Origin: Callorhinchus milii
Lineage: Eukaryota
Direction of reading: 5' to 3'
DNA: 64,000 nucleotides
Assembly (NCBI RefSeq): GCF_018977255.1
Contig: NW_024704742.1
Location: 129,272,001 to 129,336,000, forward strand
Shown piece by piece: positions 26,085-38,967 of the stretch. The notes beneath the pieces are model-generated. The model was not told where the DNA came from, did no database searches, and worked only from the letters and a program-made list of their open reading frames with translations. Numbering within the stretch: the first letter of the stretch is position 1; each line of letters starts with the position of its first letter. The position numbers were made by a program, and so were the translations under genes.

Positions 26085-26450
26085 ATAGAAACATAGAACA
26101 CAGAAACATAGAAACAGGAGTAGGCTATTCAGCCCCTCGAACCAGTTCTACCATTTTATAAGATCATTGCTGATCTGTAAATCAAGTCCAGTACCTGCCC
26201 TTGCCATATATCCCTTAATACCCTGACGTAACAAATATCTATCTATCTCCGTCTTCAAAACGTGAATGGATCCAGCATCCACAGCCTTTTGGGGGAGACC
26301 ATTCAGATTTCCACTACCATTTGGGTGAATAAATTGACTCTTAATTTCAGTCCTAAATGAGCTTGCTCTAATTTTAAGAGTATGCCACCTTGTTCTGGAT
26401 TCCCACATCAGAGGAAATAGTTTATCTGTATCTACCCTATCAAATCTTTT
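26085..26450 (-). mobile_element. CR1 3' end; related fragments at ~2770-3082(+), 24985-25245(+), 47440-47885(+), 54100-54480(+)
   Basis: TRWHTLKIR..FRTEIK..LPQKAVDAGS..KTEIDRYL; tail aggggctgaatagcctactcctg(tttctatg)n. Confidence 0.85.
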
Positions 26451-27481
26451 TATTATTTTAAGTAATATTAAATAAAATGAATAAATTAATACAATTCCTG
26501 TAGGGATAAGGTCTCACTGAGGCTGTGTTTGCTTTAAGGTTTCTATACAAGTAATAGCATTTCTTTGTTCTGAAATTCTGATTTGATTGAGCATTTTCTT
26601 GGGCTTGTATTGTGCAGATATTTTGTTTAGTGTGATTTAGCAAGATATTTCTTCGGGTAAGTGTGCTTTGCTGGATAGTTGGTTTGCAAAGAGATGTTGA
26701 TGCTGCCGAAGAATATATTAAGAAGAATCCTTGCATTTCATAAAACACTTAACGCATCTCTTTACAGAAGGCAAACACAGCAGCCAATTTACAAACAGCT
26801 AGGAAGTGAATGACAATTTATTTGAAGATGCTCTCTTCCCTTTGCAAATATTGCCATGGGTTCTTTAATGCCTACTTGAAGAGGCACGCTAAGATTGATT
26901 AAACATCTCATCTGAAGGGCGGCACCTATGACAATGCAACATCCCCCCAACACTGCACTGAAGCATTAGTCTACACTGTGAGCTGAAAGTTTTCAACATG
27001 AGGACTTGAACCCATCACCTTCTGACTCAGAGGCAAGAGTGATGCCAACTGAGCCAAGCCTCCCAGATCCATCATCAGCAAGAATTATATCACCTGTACA
27101 GCAGTGAAATAGACCATTCAGCCCAACTAGTCCTAGCCAATGTTTATACTTCACACAATCCTCCATCCCCTGTAATCCCCTCCCACATCCTTCTATTCCC
27201 TTTCCCCTCATGTTGCCCTTGGCCGAACATTGGTAAATATTGGCAGAAATATTCCAATGTTCACATTCCTTATATGGAGTTAGAACGATCATACCCACAG
27301 ACTAGATCAGGAACTCGCCACTGTGGATTTCTCGTGGGAATTTGTTACTTGGATGACAGCCCCTGAACTGAGGAGTCGACTGGATGGATCAGGTACCATT
27401 TATGAGGTAAATGTGGAGATTTTACGCCAACTGTTTCACACAAATTTGACCTTTATAATTTAAACTAGATTTGTCACTTAC

Positions 27482-27686
27482 CGAGAAAGCTTTTCTGCCC
27501 TTTGTGCCTGACGCACGAAAAATCCCATCTCCAAGCTTAAAAGTATACAAACGCCTGAGGGTTTCACATTTCTAATGGAAAGGTTCCGTTGTCTGGAATG
27601 GAATGTACACTCTCTCCTCTGAGGGATGAACCCTGTTCGCCTAATTCCCAGAAAGTATTGGGTATAGTTTGGCAAGGACCACATAG
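27482..27686 (-). pseudogene. Candidate pseudo-exon; reading frame ambiguous (LCGPCQTIPNTFWELGEQG... / KCETLRRLYTFKLGDGIFRASG...)
   Basis: Acceptor ctttgtggttttag, donor TCG|gtaagt; one frame is fully open (ORF 27478-27717). Confidence 0.55.
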
Positions 27687-27824
27687 CTAAAACCACAAAG
27701 CTTGCCATTGAAAGCATCTATAGGAAGCTTCCCACCACTTCTCCAGTTAGGACCACCCTATACATTAGGGCTTTGGCTTTCAGGATTAAAAGGAGCTGAA
27801 TAGGAAAATAGCTGAATTGTGTGT

Positions 27825-28230
27825 CAGCCTGGCTCAGTGGCATTTTTGCCTCTGAATGAGAAGGTTGCGAGTTCAAGCCCTATGTTGGGACTTGAAATCA
27901 CATTGTCTAAGCTGACACTCCAGTGCAACGCTGGACGTGTGTTACATTGCTGCAGGTGCCGTCCTTCAGATGAATCATTAAACTGAGGTCTTGTCTGCCC
28001 GTTCAGATGGACATTAAAGATCCCACAGCCCTATTGGAAAAGTGAATGGAGTTTATCCTGGTATCCTGACTAACAAATCCCCCAGATAAAAATTGGTCAC
28101 TCACTCCATGGCTCTTTTTGGGACACTGCTGTGCGCAAATTGCTGCCACGTTCACCCACAAATACAGTCACTCTACTTCACAGTAAATGCTGTGAAGTGA
28201 TTTGGGATGTCCTCCCGACTTGAAAGACAA
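27825..28230 (+). mobile_element. tRNA-Deu-L2-type SINE (DeuSINE/SacSINE1-like). Other copies at ~3875-4300(-), 6995-7352(-), 11160-11545(+), 13715-14070(+), 16600-16832(-), 24157-24560(-), 26725-27060(-), 39840-40130(+), 59453-60295(+), 60470-60873(-), 63787-64000(+)
   Basis: Head cagcctggctcagt..gcctctga..gaaggtt..gttcaagcc; central ggtgccgtccttcagatga..ttaaactgaggtc..ggacattaaagatccc, as I recall for the Deu domain; L2-like tail. Confidence 0.8.
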
Positions 28231-31200
28231 TAACAACAACAACAAAATTACATTTGTAAAGCACCTTTCACATCGGGAGGACATCCCAAGGCACTATACC
28301 AAATGCAAGGATTATTATTATGATTATTATTATTAAAAGTCCCTGTTCCTCCAAGTCTTGCCAATGAGCCAGATTATGTCATCAGCAGACACACTCTGTC
28401 CCTCCCCCACCCACTGCCCCCCCGCTCAGGAACTCGTCTCTTTAAGCTATCAGCAGACTGATAACATTCCTGTTTTCTGGACACTTCTCATGTCATCTTC
28501 CATCACCATCAATGGCAACTCCCAACATTGAACTTAACGTAGAAAAGATTTTGCTGAGTCCAATCAGCTGGGTTTAGAAAACATATGTTTGTACATATAT
28601 TTATGTTTGAAACGTTGCACATGTTCAAACCTTGAGTTTTGTTCTGGACATATTTTACCTGAAGTATGAGAAATGTCTGAATCTCTCACACATCGTGATG
28701 AGCAGAAAGCACAGCACAAAAAGGGCTTGAAAATGTATTGCATTAGGTTGCCACGGAGATTGTGAATTATAGGCAGTTTACAAGGGAGCACTTAAGCTCT
28801 TCAATTGTAGCTGTTAGACGCATTTCAAGTGTGTCTTTGTGCTCCCAGGTTTGAAAGACCTGTTAGCGCTGACAAAACAATCACACGAGAAATCTGACCA
28901 AGGTAAGCAAATGAGAATTAACACCTCTATAATGTTTTGAGACACCCACAAACTACACAATCACTGAACTTTACAGTATACGCTGTGAAACTTCTTTGGA
29001 TTCCCCCCCCTCACCCCCACCACCCCCTACTGAGGTGAAAGATTCTATAGCAAATATAAAGATTATTATTTATTATTATATAATTACAGTTTAGATCACT
29101 CCGTACAGGTAGTTTCTGGATAGTTTTCAGCAATGGGTCAGCCAGACCAATAATACTACTAAGTTACAACACTTAAATGAATGTTACTCTTCTCAGCAGA
29201 TTTGAACTTCCCAAAATAACTGCTTTAGAATAATAATAATGCATTTCACAGAATATACTGCAAAGTGAATTGACTGTATATTTGTGGACGAATCGTGGTA
29301 GCTAATTACGCACAGCAGTGTCCCACAAGCGGTCGTGGATTGATTGACCAAATATTTTTTGACTTAAGGGATTATTACCCCCAGAAAAGCGATCTGCCAA
29401 TCGACTTAACAACCAGGTCCCTACTTACTGCTAGGTAAACAGAGGCATGTGAAGTAAGTAAACTTGCCCAATGTTTCGCCTGCCAGGAATCAAACCCAAG
29501 TCTCTTGCTTGTGAGGCAAGTGCTCTAACCACTGAGCTACAGGACTCCACAGGACGTACTGCAAGAGATGAATATTTTGTGCACCGAGAATCTTGTCAGG
29601 CCATTTCTGAATTGTCTTATTAACAGTCCCATTTGCACCAATGATTATAGGAACTATGCTTGTTTTGTACTGCCACCAGCATCCACATTCAATTTGTATG
29701 GCAACATACTTCCTGATCTTCTCTAATTCCTTATTTTGTATGTTGGAATGGCCACATCAAGGATACTGCATGTACAATCTACATAAAAACATAAGAAATA
29801 CTAGACGAAAAAAGGTCCATCTAGTTCGCCTTCCACCTTCCTGTCGTTCGCATGCACATATGTCCCAAACTAACTTTGTACTATATCCCATGTTATTTCC
29901 TAAACAACAAAAACAAGATTACATTTGTATAGCACCTTTCACGTCGGGAGGACGTCCCAAGGCGCTGGACAGTGTACTACATTTCAGACCCAAGCTGGAG
30001 TCAGGGGGGAGAAGGGAGGGGAGGGGAAGGGGGGTGACTGATGGCATGGTCGAAGAGGAGGGTTTTGAGTCGGGACATAAAGGAGGCTAAGGAGGGGGTG
30101 AGGCGGAGTGACTGGGCGATGGAATTCCAGAGGTTGAGGGCAGAGTGACTGAAGGCTCTCCCGCCAATGGTGGGGCTGGTGGGTCAGGGGAGGTGGAGCA
30201 GGCCAGAGCCGGCTGAGCAGAGGGAGCGGGCAGGTTAGTAGGAGGATAAGAGATCGCAGAGATAGGGTGGGGTGAGGCCATGGAGGGCTTTGTAGGTGAC
30301 TGAAAGAAAACTATTTAATCTGTGTTTGAAACAATCAACACTTCCTGCTTCAACCATCTCTTTAGGAAGCCTGTTCTAGTTTTGTTATCATGATATATGG
30401 TTTATTACAGATTACTGTTTATAATAAATATTATGATTCTCAGAAACTGAACATGCTTACAATCTGGACGCACTCTAATTCTTATTAGCAATTCACACAA
30501 AAAAATATAGTATCCGTTTTCATTTTCCAAGTTAAAAAAATGTTAGCGTCAAAATGTACAATTCCGCCAAATTTGAGGCACCATTGTGAAAATAGTAGCT
30601 TGTCAATATGTTGACACATTTCTGAGGAATACATGCCAATGAAACCTAATATAAGTACCGCAGGACAAAATAACAAATTCAGGCCTCCAGAAATTCAAAA
30701 ATATTGTTTCTCTGAAAATATTATGGAAAACGAATACAACTCCATTGATTCATGTTACACCACAGGAAAGTTCACTATTTTTCTGCACCCTCTCTCACCT
30801 CATAGAAAAATATGAAGCATGCCTATAAGATAAATCAGTTGGCGGGAACTACTGGCTCCATTCATTTAGTCACTAGTGCTAACCATTGCAATGTTTTGAG
30901 TGTAAAAGTGCATGAATGTGATACCTAAGGCACAAATCAGCAGCAACACACATAATATAGTCAAAGAAACATCTCAGGGTAATTGAACCGACCCTATAGC
31001 TGTGAATGAGCGATGAAAGGTCACAGTTAGCTGTGTCTGTGACACCAGGCAATGTTGCTGGAGCCAATCACCATTCAGTAAACTTATCTAATCCTGTTAC
31101 ACTAACAAGAACAACAAATTACACTTGTATAGCGCCCTTCACGTCAGAAAGACGTCCTAGGGTGCTGGACAGTCAGGAGTTTTGGGACCCGAGCTGGGAG

Positions 31201-32489
31201 TTGGGGTCAGGAGGGGTGGAGGGCATGGGAGGGTTGGGGTGGGAGGGTGGCTAAAGGCACAGTTGAAGAGGTAGGTCTTTAGACGGGACTTGGAGGCAAG
31301 AGAGAGAGTGAGGTGGAGGGATCGTGGAATAGAGTTCCAGAATGTGGGGGCAGAGATGCTGAATGCCCGACTGCCAATGATGGGGTGGGAAGTGTCGGGG
31401 ACATGAAGCAGGCTGAGATCAACCTAACAACGGGATCAACCTAGTGCTCATCATTCTTTAATACTAGCATTCAGTAAAGCACCTCACAGGATTCACTATA
31501 TAATGTAGTGATTGTGTGTTTTGTGGCAAATGCACCAGCCCATTTATGCACGGCAATATCCCACAAACAGACATGAAATATGTGATTAATTTTATGGAGT
31601 GGGTGGGGGAAGGGGGGAGGGGGAGGTAGATTGTTAGCCAGGACGCCAGGAAGATTCCCATACAATTACCTGGCCCAATATCTCATGTAGCAATCAGTGC
31701 AACTTGCTGCAAAAACAAGGTCAACACAAAGCAGGGCTGGATTTGGAGCTTTTTGGCTATCGTCCCGCTTTTTCCAAGAAAAAAGAGCAGTTCCTATAAT
31801 ATTTTAGAAAACATCTGTAATATTTACACTGAAGGAAACAAGGACAGAATTCTATGCCCCCTGACATGACATAAGCCTGTTCAACACTGGTCGCTGACTG
31901 GAACATCCACACATACTGGGATTCTTCTAATTGAAAGCAAAGACTAAATTGTTTGACATTCCTGGTCTATTTGGGGATTTTATTTCATTGTTTACTTCCT
32001 CAAGCCAATTGCATAACAAGTGATGGACCACAACTGCTTTCTTTTAAACCAAATGACTTTTGCTTTCCACTGGCTCCTGCTAGGAATGTCCATGTAGCAG
32101 AACTAGGATTTCATAGCTCAGTCCTCAGTCCAATATCACGTCCTTGACACAGAATCTCCAGCAGACAGGTAGCAGCCCTGTTTCACAAGGCATCCCCAAC
32201 GAGAATTCACGGCAGAGATTAACGTTTAAACCGAGCAAGTGTTTTACAGAATCACTGAATTCCCCTGTCTATTATCACTGTAATTAAAAAACATTTTTGT
32301 TAACTTTCTGAATACCACCACCACCACCAACTTGCATTGATATAGCGCCCCTCATGTAGGGTAACGTCCCAATGCGCTTAAATGCCTGTTCCAATTGCAC
32401 ATGCGCCCTGACATTCTTGAGAAATATTATTTCCTGGCATTAAACATAATTAGAATGAGGCACTTTCAGTAAGGCTCATGATTACTCAC

Positions 32490-32841
32490 CTGTTCTGTAG
32501 CTGAAGGAATCATTTGACCAGTAGCAATTTGCAAGATCAAGTAGCAACAGTGGCAAGTGTGCTAAATCAGCTATGCAGCACTGGAGACAAAGGAGTGAAG
32601 TCCAAACTCTAACTTCTGTTTACTGACACCGCTCTTTTCAATGTTAAACAGACCTCCAAAGAACTACCAATAGTAGGGTCAGAGGTTTTCCTCCATGTCC
32701 ACCAGAGATAGAGGTATTCCACTCTCATAATGTATAAGTTGAAGCAGGCTTTGGTTTTTCAGGCTCCTTTTAGGAATTTGGGTAACAATGAACGATGGAG
32801 ATAGCACTCCAGTGCAGAGTAAATCATGGAGTTGTCCTCGT
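32490..32841 (-). pseudogene. Candidate pseudo-exon (EDNSMIYSALECYLHRSLLPKFLK / RSLKNQSLLQLIHYESGIPLSLVDMEENL*PYYW*FFGGLFNIEKSGVSKQKLEFGLHSF...)
   Basis: Acceptor acatcttttctcag, consensus donor CAG|gtgagt; stops and a likely frameshift. Confidence 0.6.
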
Positions 32842-34443
32842 CTGAGAAAAGATGTTTGTGTCTCAAACACAGCCATTGTGTAGCTAGTTAACAGCATGGC
32901 GCTTAACCCCACCAAACAGTCTAATAATCGTCCAAATCACATCAGGATGGTCCCCAGTCCCTGATATCAACATGGGTGATGTTAATAATACCTGTAGTAA
33001 TAATAATAATAATAATAACCATTTCAACTACCAAGTGTACAGTGAGTTCACTTTACAATATATTCTGTGAAGCACTTTGAGGCGTCTCGAAGACATGATA
33101 AGGCACTATATCAAATGCAAGGATTTTTTCTTCTTGTTAGTATTGCATTTGATATAGCGCCTTACCACATCATCAAGATGTTTCAAAGCATTTTAGAGGT
33201 ATGCTGTGATGAGCATGTATATATATAAATATGTGTACAATAGTGTGAGCTCTACAGTTAACCTGAGCTAGCAGAAGAGGAAATCCTCAGGATTCCTTCA
33301 TCTTATCCAGGGAATATATGGAACTTGAAAGTGCCATTCCATAGTAATTGAAATTCCATTGAAAGTGGCCTATGCAAAGTAAAGATACTCTTTTCCTGTA
33401 TCCCTGTGTATTCCTGTTCCTATACTCCGCAATTCATTTGCTTGCCAAATAAGGTACTCCAGAAAATCCTGATAACTCGTCACTCCAAGGGAAAAGGGCC
33501 TTGTGACGAATCATCTGAAGTGGTGAGTTAGACTTCTACATCACCACTTAAATAAATGCGGCTGGGATATTGATAGCGTGATGACTTAAGTGGTAGTGAC
33601 AAGTTAAACCAGGGTCGAGTTATCAGGAGCTAACTCTACCTAGTTCCCTTTCAGATTTGTTGACATTATTTGCCTCTGACTCCCCTCCCTGAGGTATCCT
33701 TTCCACATGTTAATCACTCTCCGTATCTTTAAATCTTAAACTATCTGTTCACTTTTCTTCTTGCGTGCCAGTGGCCACATCCCTTTCACTGCACTGTTGA
33801 AAATTGCACAATTAAGGCAAAAGGAATGGGCTCAAATGGGATTGAGCCCCCAAGGTTGAATAGCTGATCAGCAGGCTAGAAATTCTGGACACTCATTATT
33901 GAGATGACCACCTTCAAGCGCTCTGGGACACTACCCTGCGCTATATAAATGCAAGTTGTTGTTATTGTATAACGACTTGCATCTACTTAGAACCCTTCAC
34001 ATAGGATTACGTTTTGGAGTGCTTCACAAAAGCAGAGATGAGAGGGGATGGGTAGGCGAACGTAGTGCGGTCGAAGAGTTGGAGTTTAAGGCTTCACTTC
34101 AGGAAGTTTTAGTACTAATGTACAACATTTGGGATCGTGAATAGAGTGGGTCCGGAGAGTGGAGATTGGAAGGACATGATTTTATTTTCATGGAGTAAAG
34201 CTCTATTTTCATCTGAAAGGCACTCCGCATGCTGTAAGTTTTAAAATCTTATTCTGTGACAATTGTGGGTTGGTTTCAAGGTTTTTCAGGCCAATGACAA
34301 GGTTTCCTAATGAGGCAACAAAGCTCCACGGTTTGTTTTTTCCTTTAACGTCAAATGAAAACAACAGGAAGCACTCATGGATGGAGGTTTGAACTCCTGC
34401 AGTCAGCTTGCTCCTTCTTGTTTGTGTAAGGAAACCCTCTCAC

Positions 34444-34595
34444 TATTAGCATTCCTGTAGCCAGCCACAACATCGTGCCATGTGGGAGTTAACAGAACCA
34501 GTGAAACACATCAATGCACAGCAACAAAATCTGCCGCCAAGGCAGATTTCTGTGATTCGCAAGCACTTTGCTTCTGATGGTTGATTACATCTCAC
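34444..34595 (-). pseudogene. Candidate pseudo-exon (EM*STIRSKVLANHRNLPWRQILLLCIDVFHWFC*LPHGTMLWLATGMLI)
   Basis: Strong acceptor cctcttttcgtcatttttcag, donor ATA|gtgaga, two TAA stops. Confidence 0.5.
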
Positions 34596-35664
34596 CTGAA
34601 AAATGACGAAAAGAGGCCATAAAGATAAAAGCACACAGGATTTTCCAAAAATAAAATCTCTGTGACTGATTCTCAGAGAAAGCAACAACTTTGAACAGTG
34701 AAGTGTTCAGCTAAATAAAATCAGGAAAAAGGGATGGTTACATAGCCTGCTAAATGGAGAGAGAATCATCCAAGGTTGCTCTCATCATCTGCCAAAGGGA
34801 ATACGACGGAGTTGGTACTCAGTATGTGTGCGTGTGTGTGTGAAACAGTATTGGGAAAGGCTTGGGGTCTGGCCACTTGGCTATTCTCTCACTAAATGAT
34901 GGTGCAACAAGAGGGGAGATCAATAATTATTGTAAAGTTAACAACCAGAGAGCATAAATGTAAGACAATAACAACTTGTATTCATATCGCGCCCCTCATG
35001 CAGGGTAGCGTCCCAGACCACTTGACAGTGGCGGAGCACGACTCCATACCAGGGGGAGGTGGAAGTGACCATAGGTACGTTCGAACGGGAAGGCACGACC
35101 TGAAAATGGGGAAGTAAGGGGCAAGAGGGATAGAGGAAGAGTATTCCAGAGTTTTGGGGCATAATGGCTGAAAGGGCGGCCACCAATGGTGGAACAGAGG
35201 GCACGGGGGACTTGCAGAAGGCTGGAGCCAGTCGAGCAGAGGCAGTGGGTTGTGGATTGGATGGGGCAAGCAGGTCAAAGAGGTATGGAGGTGCCAGGAC
35301 ATGATAGGATTTGAAAACAAGTGTAAGGATCTAGGCTAGAAGTGGTGTGATGGGAGTATGGAGTTTAGCACAGGTGAGTATGTGGTTCTACAAAAAAATT
35401 TACCAAAAAAAAGGGAAAAGTTAGGTGGGTTTATTTTTGACACTGGGCTATTAGGGGTTATACTGGGCTATTAGGGGTTACAGGGTTTACCCTGCCAAAA
35501 ACAGTAGCTGAACCAGAATCTACAATAGCTTTTATGCTAACAAAAATAAGAAACTTTTAAAGAGAATTCAACAAATATTTGGGAAAAATATATGAAAGGT
35601 TATGAGGGAAATACAGATGAATGGAGGTAAATGGATTGCTCTTGCAGAGACCCTGCACAGGCAC

Positions 35665-36510
35665 TGTTTTTTTTGATCAGCCGGGTGTCTGACACATGTG
35701 GAAACCCATCACCATGCTTAAGAGTATCCAAAACAAACTGAGAATTCCATGCATCGGCTGGACGCATCCTGCTTACCTAATTCCGGAAATTATTAAACGC
35801 AGATTGGCAAGACCCAAGGCTTCGAGACCCCAGAGTGTGCGTTGGATACTGTTGGAGACTTAACCAGCTAAAACTGCATAGCTTGTCATTGATATCGCTG
35901 TCTGGCAAGCTTTCCTGCTGCTTATACAGCTAGGACCATCCTACCCATCAGGGCTTTGATTTGCAGGGTTAGCAACAACAACAACAACTTGGATTTATAT
36001 AGCGCCCTCCACGCTGGAAGGCGTCTCAGAGCGCTTCACAGTAACGGATCCCGGAGCCGAGCCAGGGGGAGGGGGAGAAAGGTGACCAAATGCGCAGTTG
36101 AAAAGAAAGGTCTTCAGCAGAGACCGGAAAATAGGAAGAGAGGGAGCGAGACGCAGGGAGTGAGGAAGGCAGTTCCAGAGCCTCGGGGCATAGTGGCTGA
36201 AGGCCCGGCCACCGAGGGTGGAGCGGAGGACTCGGGGGACAAGAAGGAGGCCAGACCTGGAGGAACAGGAACTGAGTGGGATGATCCCCTGCCTCCAGTG
36301 ACTAGTCTGCCCTTCCAGGTCCTGCCAATGAACCAGACTGTCTCTGCTGTCATCAACAGTGTCCTGGAATACTGCGGGCCTGCCTGGCTCAGGAACCAGA
36401 CTAGAGACCACCGCAGAGGACTGGCTTGATTCAGACATTCAATTGCCAGACATGTCACCTTGGAGCTAGTTCAGCTCCAAAGAGACCCCCCCCCCTTACC
36501 TACACCCCAA
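35665..36510 (-). repeat. Unclassified interspersed repeat split by an L2 tail (35971-36262); related copies at ~37130-37510(+), 14481-14780(+), 700-775(-), 21630-21705(-)
   Basis: Shared motifs aaggtgacatgtctggcaat, cccactcagttcctgtt, ggtcctagctg, gttttagctggtta and ctcagtttg(g/t)tttggatactc between copies. Confidence 0.8.
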
Positions 36511-38796
36511 GGAGGATAGTCATGAGTTGGGAGGATAGTCACTAGCAAAGGCACAATAGGCTGAATGGCCTCTTTTTTGCATCGCGAAATTCGATAATTC
36601 TAAAATTACTACTATAATCAAAGGGTTCAATGTTCTCAGATCACTCTGTTCATACTCGTACACGTTCTTTGTTACTTCATGTATTCAGTTACCCAAATTC
36701 AACCCCCGATCAACCTTGTGTGTCCCTGTGTATAATGAGGCAGGACAGTTCCATGGTTGAGGTTTGTTTTAAGTCGGGTTTGTTTTCAAATTGGCACTTT
36801 GCGCTTATCCCTTTGAGTGTGTCCAGATGGAGAATGGAAAATTGACTTTTTTTATTACAAAAACGGAACGGCAGCCAACGATGCACTGAATTCTGTGGAT
36901 GGTACTGACTGATGTTCTGACCAGTAGGGAGTCTGCTAGCAATTTATAAAAATATATATTAAACTGCATCAGCATGGCACCTCCTAACCTGAGTTCATGT
37001 GGCTCACAAGGAGTTCCTGGTGTCTGTTATTGACCTATTTCTCAGACATCTAATAACTGATCCTTTCCTGGTTTTATTTAGTTAGGCACATTACCGTTCA
37101 CAATTCCTATATTCTCTGAGTTAAGTGGTGGGGTGTGGGGAGTGGTGTGGGGAGTGTCTCTTTGGGGCTGAGCTGACTCTAAGGTGACACATCTGGCAAT
37201 GGGAGATTGGCACCGAAACACCCCTCTGTGGCAGTCTCAGGAGCCAAGCAGGTCTGCAGTACTCCCAGGCAATGTTGAAGACTGGCCTAACTCATTAGCT
37301 GGACTTGGAGACACAGACCAGTCACTGAGAGTTGGGACTTTTCCCACTCAGCTCCTGTTATTCTTAGCTGGTAGGGTGGTCCTAGCTGGACAAGCATCAG
37401 TGTTTGTAAATGCTAAGCTGTGTGGTTGTAGCTAATAAAACTGCAGCAGTACCCCAATGTATACTCTGGGGTCCCAAGCTGTTCATCTGCAGCAGTTTCT
37501 GGTTTAAAAGTCAGACTTGCAACGTCAGATATCATGTTTTTTACCTCTAAAACCTATGCCACAAAATACTAATCCTTGCCAAAAATATAAACATGCATTG
37601 ACAGGGAAACGATGTTACACTGACAGATTTTTCTTTGCAATGCTCAAAATCCCCACCCTTGACAAAAGAGTGTGAGGAGTTTTGTGAATGAAAAGGCTTG
37701 GTAAAGTCCTCTCTAAAGGATACTTAAGAGAGAAAGTGAGCAGATTTTCATGGCTAAGAAAGCGCATTGACATATCAGTCTGAATTAGAGTTACTCATGA
37801 TTGCTAATGGTAAGGAAATTAAATGGGTGGAGCGGAGCCCTTGTTAGGGTAATTGTGCGTGATTTTACGTACATTCTAGCATCTGTTTCACACATGACTT
37901 CAGAAACATAAGTGAGGCCAAAAAAGAGGAAAAGGCCATTTGGCCCTTCAAACCCATTCCTGTGGCATCCAATGTTCATCTATGATGTTTCTGGCACATA
38001 AATTGACTGGATGGAAGAGTCATTTGTAAAAATTTGGGGTTCAAAGTTAAATCTGAATATATAATAATAAATGAATATTACAATACAATGCAAAATTATA
38101 TAGTGCTTTTCACATCATGAGGATGTCCCAAGGCACTGGACAGTCAGGGATTTGGACCCGAGCAGGCAGTTGGGATCAGGGAGGGCAGAGGGCAGAGAGG
38201 GTAGGAGGGTGGCCGAAGGCACGGTTGAAGAGGAGGGTCTTGAGACATGCCTTGAAGGAGGCAATGGAGGGAGTGAGGTGAAGGGACTGTGGGATGTAGA
38301 ACATGCTCTGACCACTCCGCTAACCTCATTGAGTCATTTTTACAGAGTGGTAGAATAAAAATAGAAATTCTTAACAGGAGTCGTCAAGAATGGCTAATAG
38401 TAACTCCTACCATCCTTATGCTGACCCACGGGAATTCTACTAACCAGGTTAACATTATTACGTCTTAAAAGATATTAACCAATTACCATAATAAATCCCA
38501 TTATCACTGCTTCAGTGTGCAAACACTTCACTGTGCAGTGCCTTGGGATGCCTTCCTGATATGAAAGGCGCTATATAAATCCGATTTGTTGTTATTATTG
38601 TTGTTGTTGTGTTTGGCTCAGTTGGCAGCAATCTGCATAAATGAGGGAGAGGGGGATAGAGAGGTTGGGGAGTGGGGGTGTGGGGGAAGAGGCTGTGGGG
38701 TGAAGGATGGTTGGAGGCTCCTGTGGAGTATAAACATCAGCACAAACTAGTTGACCTGTTTCAATGTTGTAAATTTTCTAGGTAATTCTACATTAC

Positions 38797-38967
38797 AGAG
38801 GGACGTTATAGATTCCATGGTACTGTTCTGAATAAGCATCATGGATTTTCCCAATGTCATAACCAATAAGGTTGAAAGTATGACATTCAGGAGATATCGA
38901 TAAAAGAGGGGTTTGAATTTCCAAATATCTGTCGGACTTTTAAGAAGGTCAGAAACCAAAGAAATAG
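38797..38967 (-). pseudogene. Candidate pseudo-exon (ISLVSDLLKSPTDIWKFKPLFYRYL / ECHTFNLIGYDIGKIHDAYSEQYHGIYNVP)
   Basis: Acceptor tgttattttttgcag; overlaps ORF 38747-38983; probable frameshift; 3' boundary uncertain. Confidence 0.5.

Noticed and set aside
34526..34549. 9-bp inverted repeat aaatctgcc-N5-ggcagattt as a terminator or miRNA hairpin
   Set aside because: Too short, expected by chance in 64 kb, and lies within a candidate exon.
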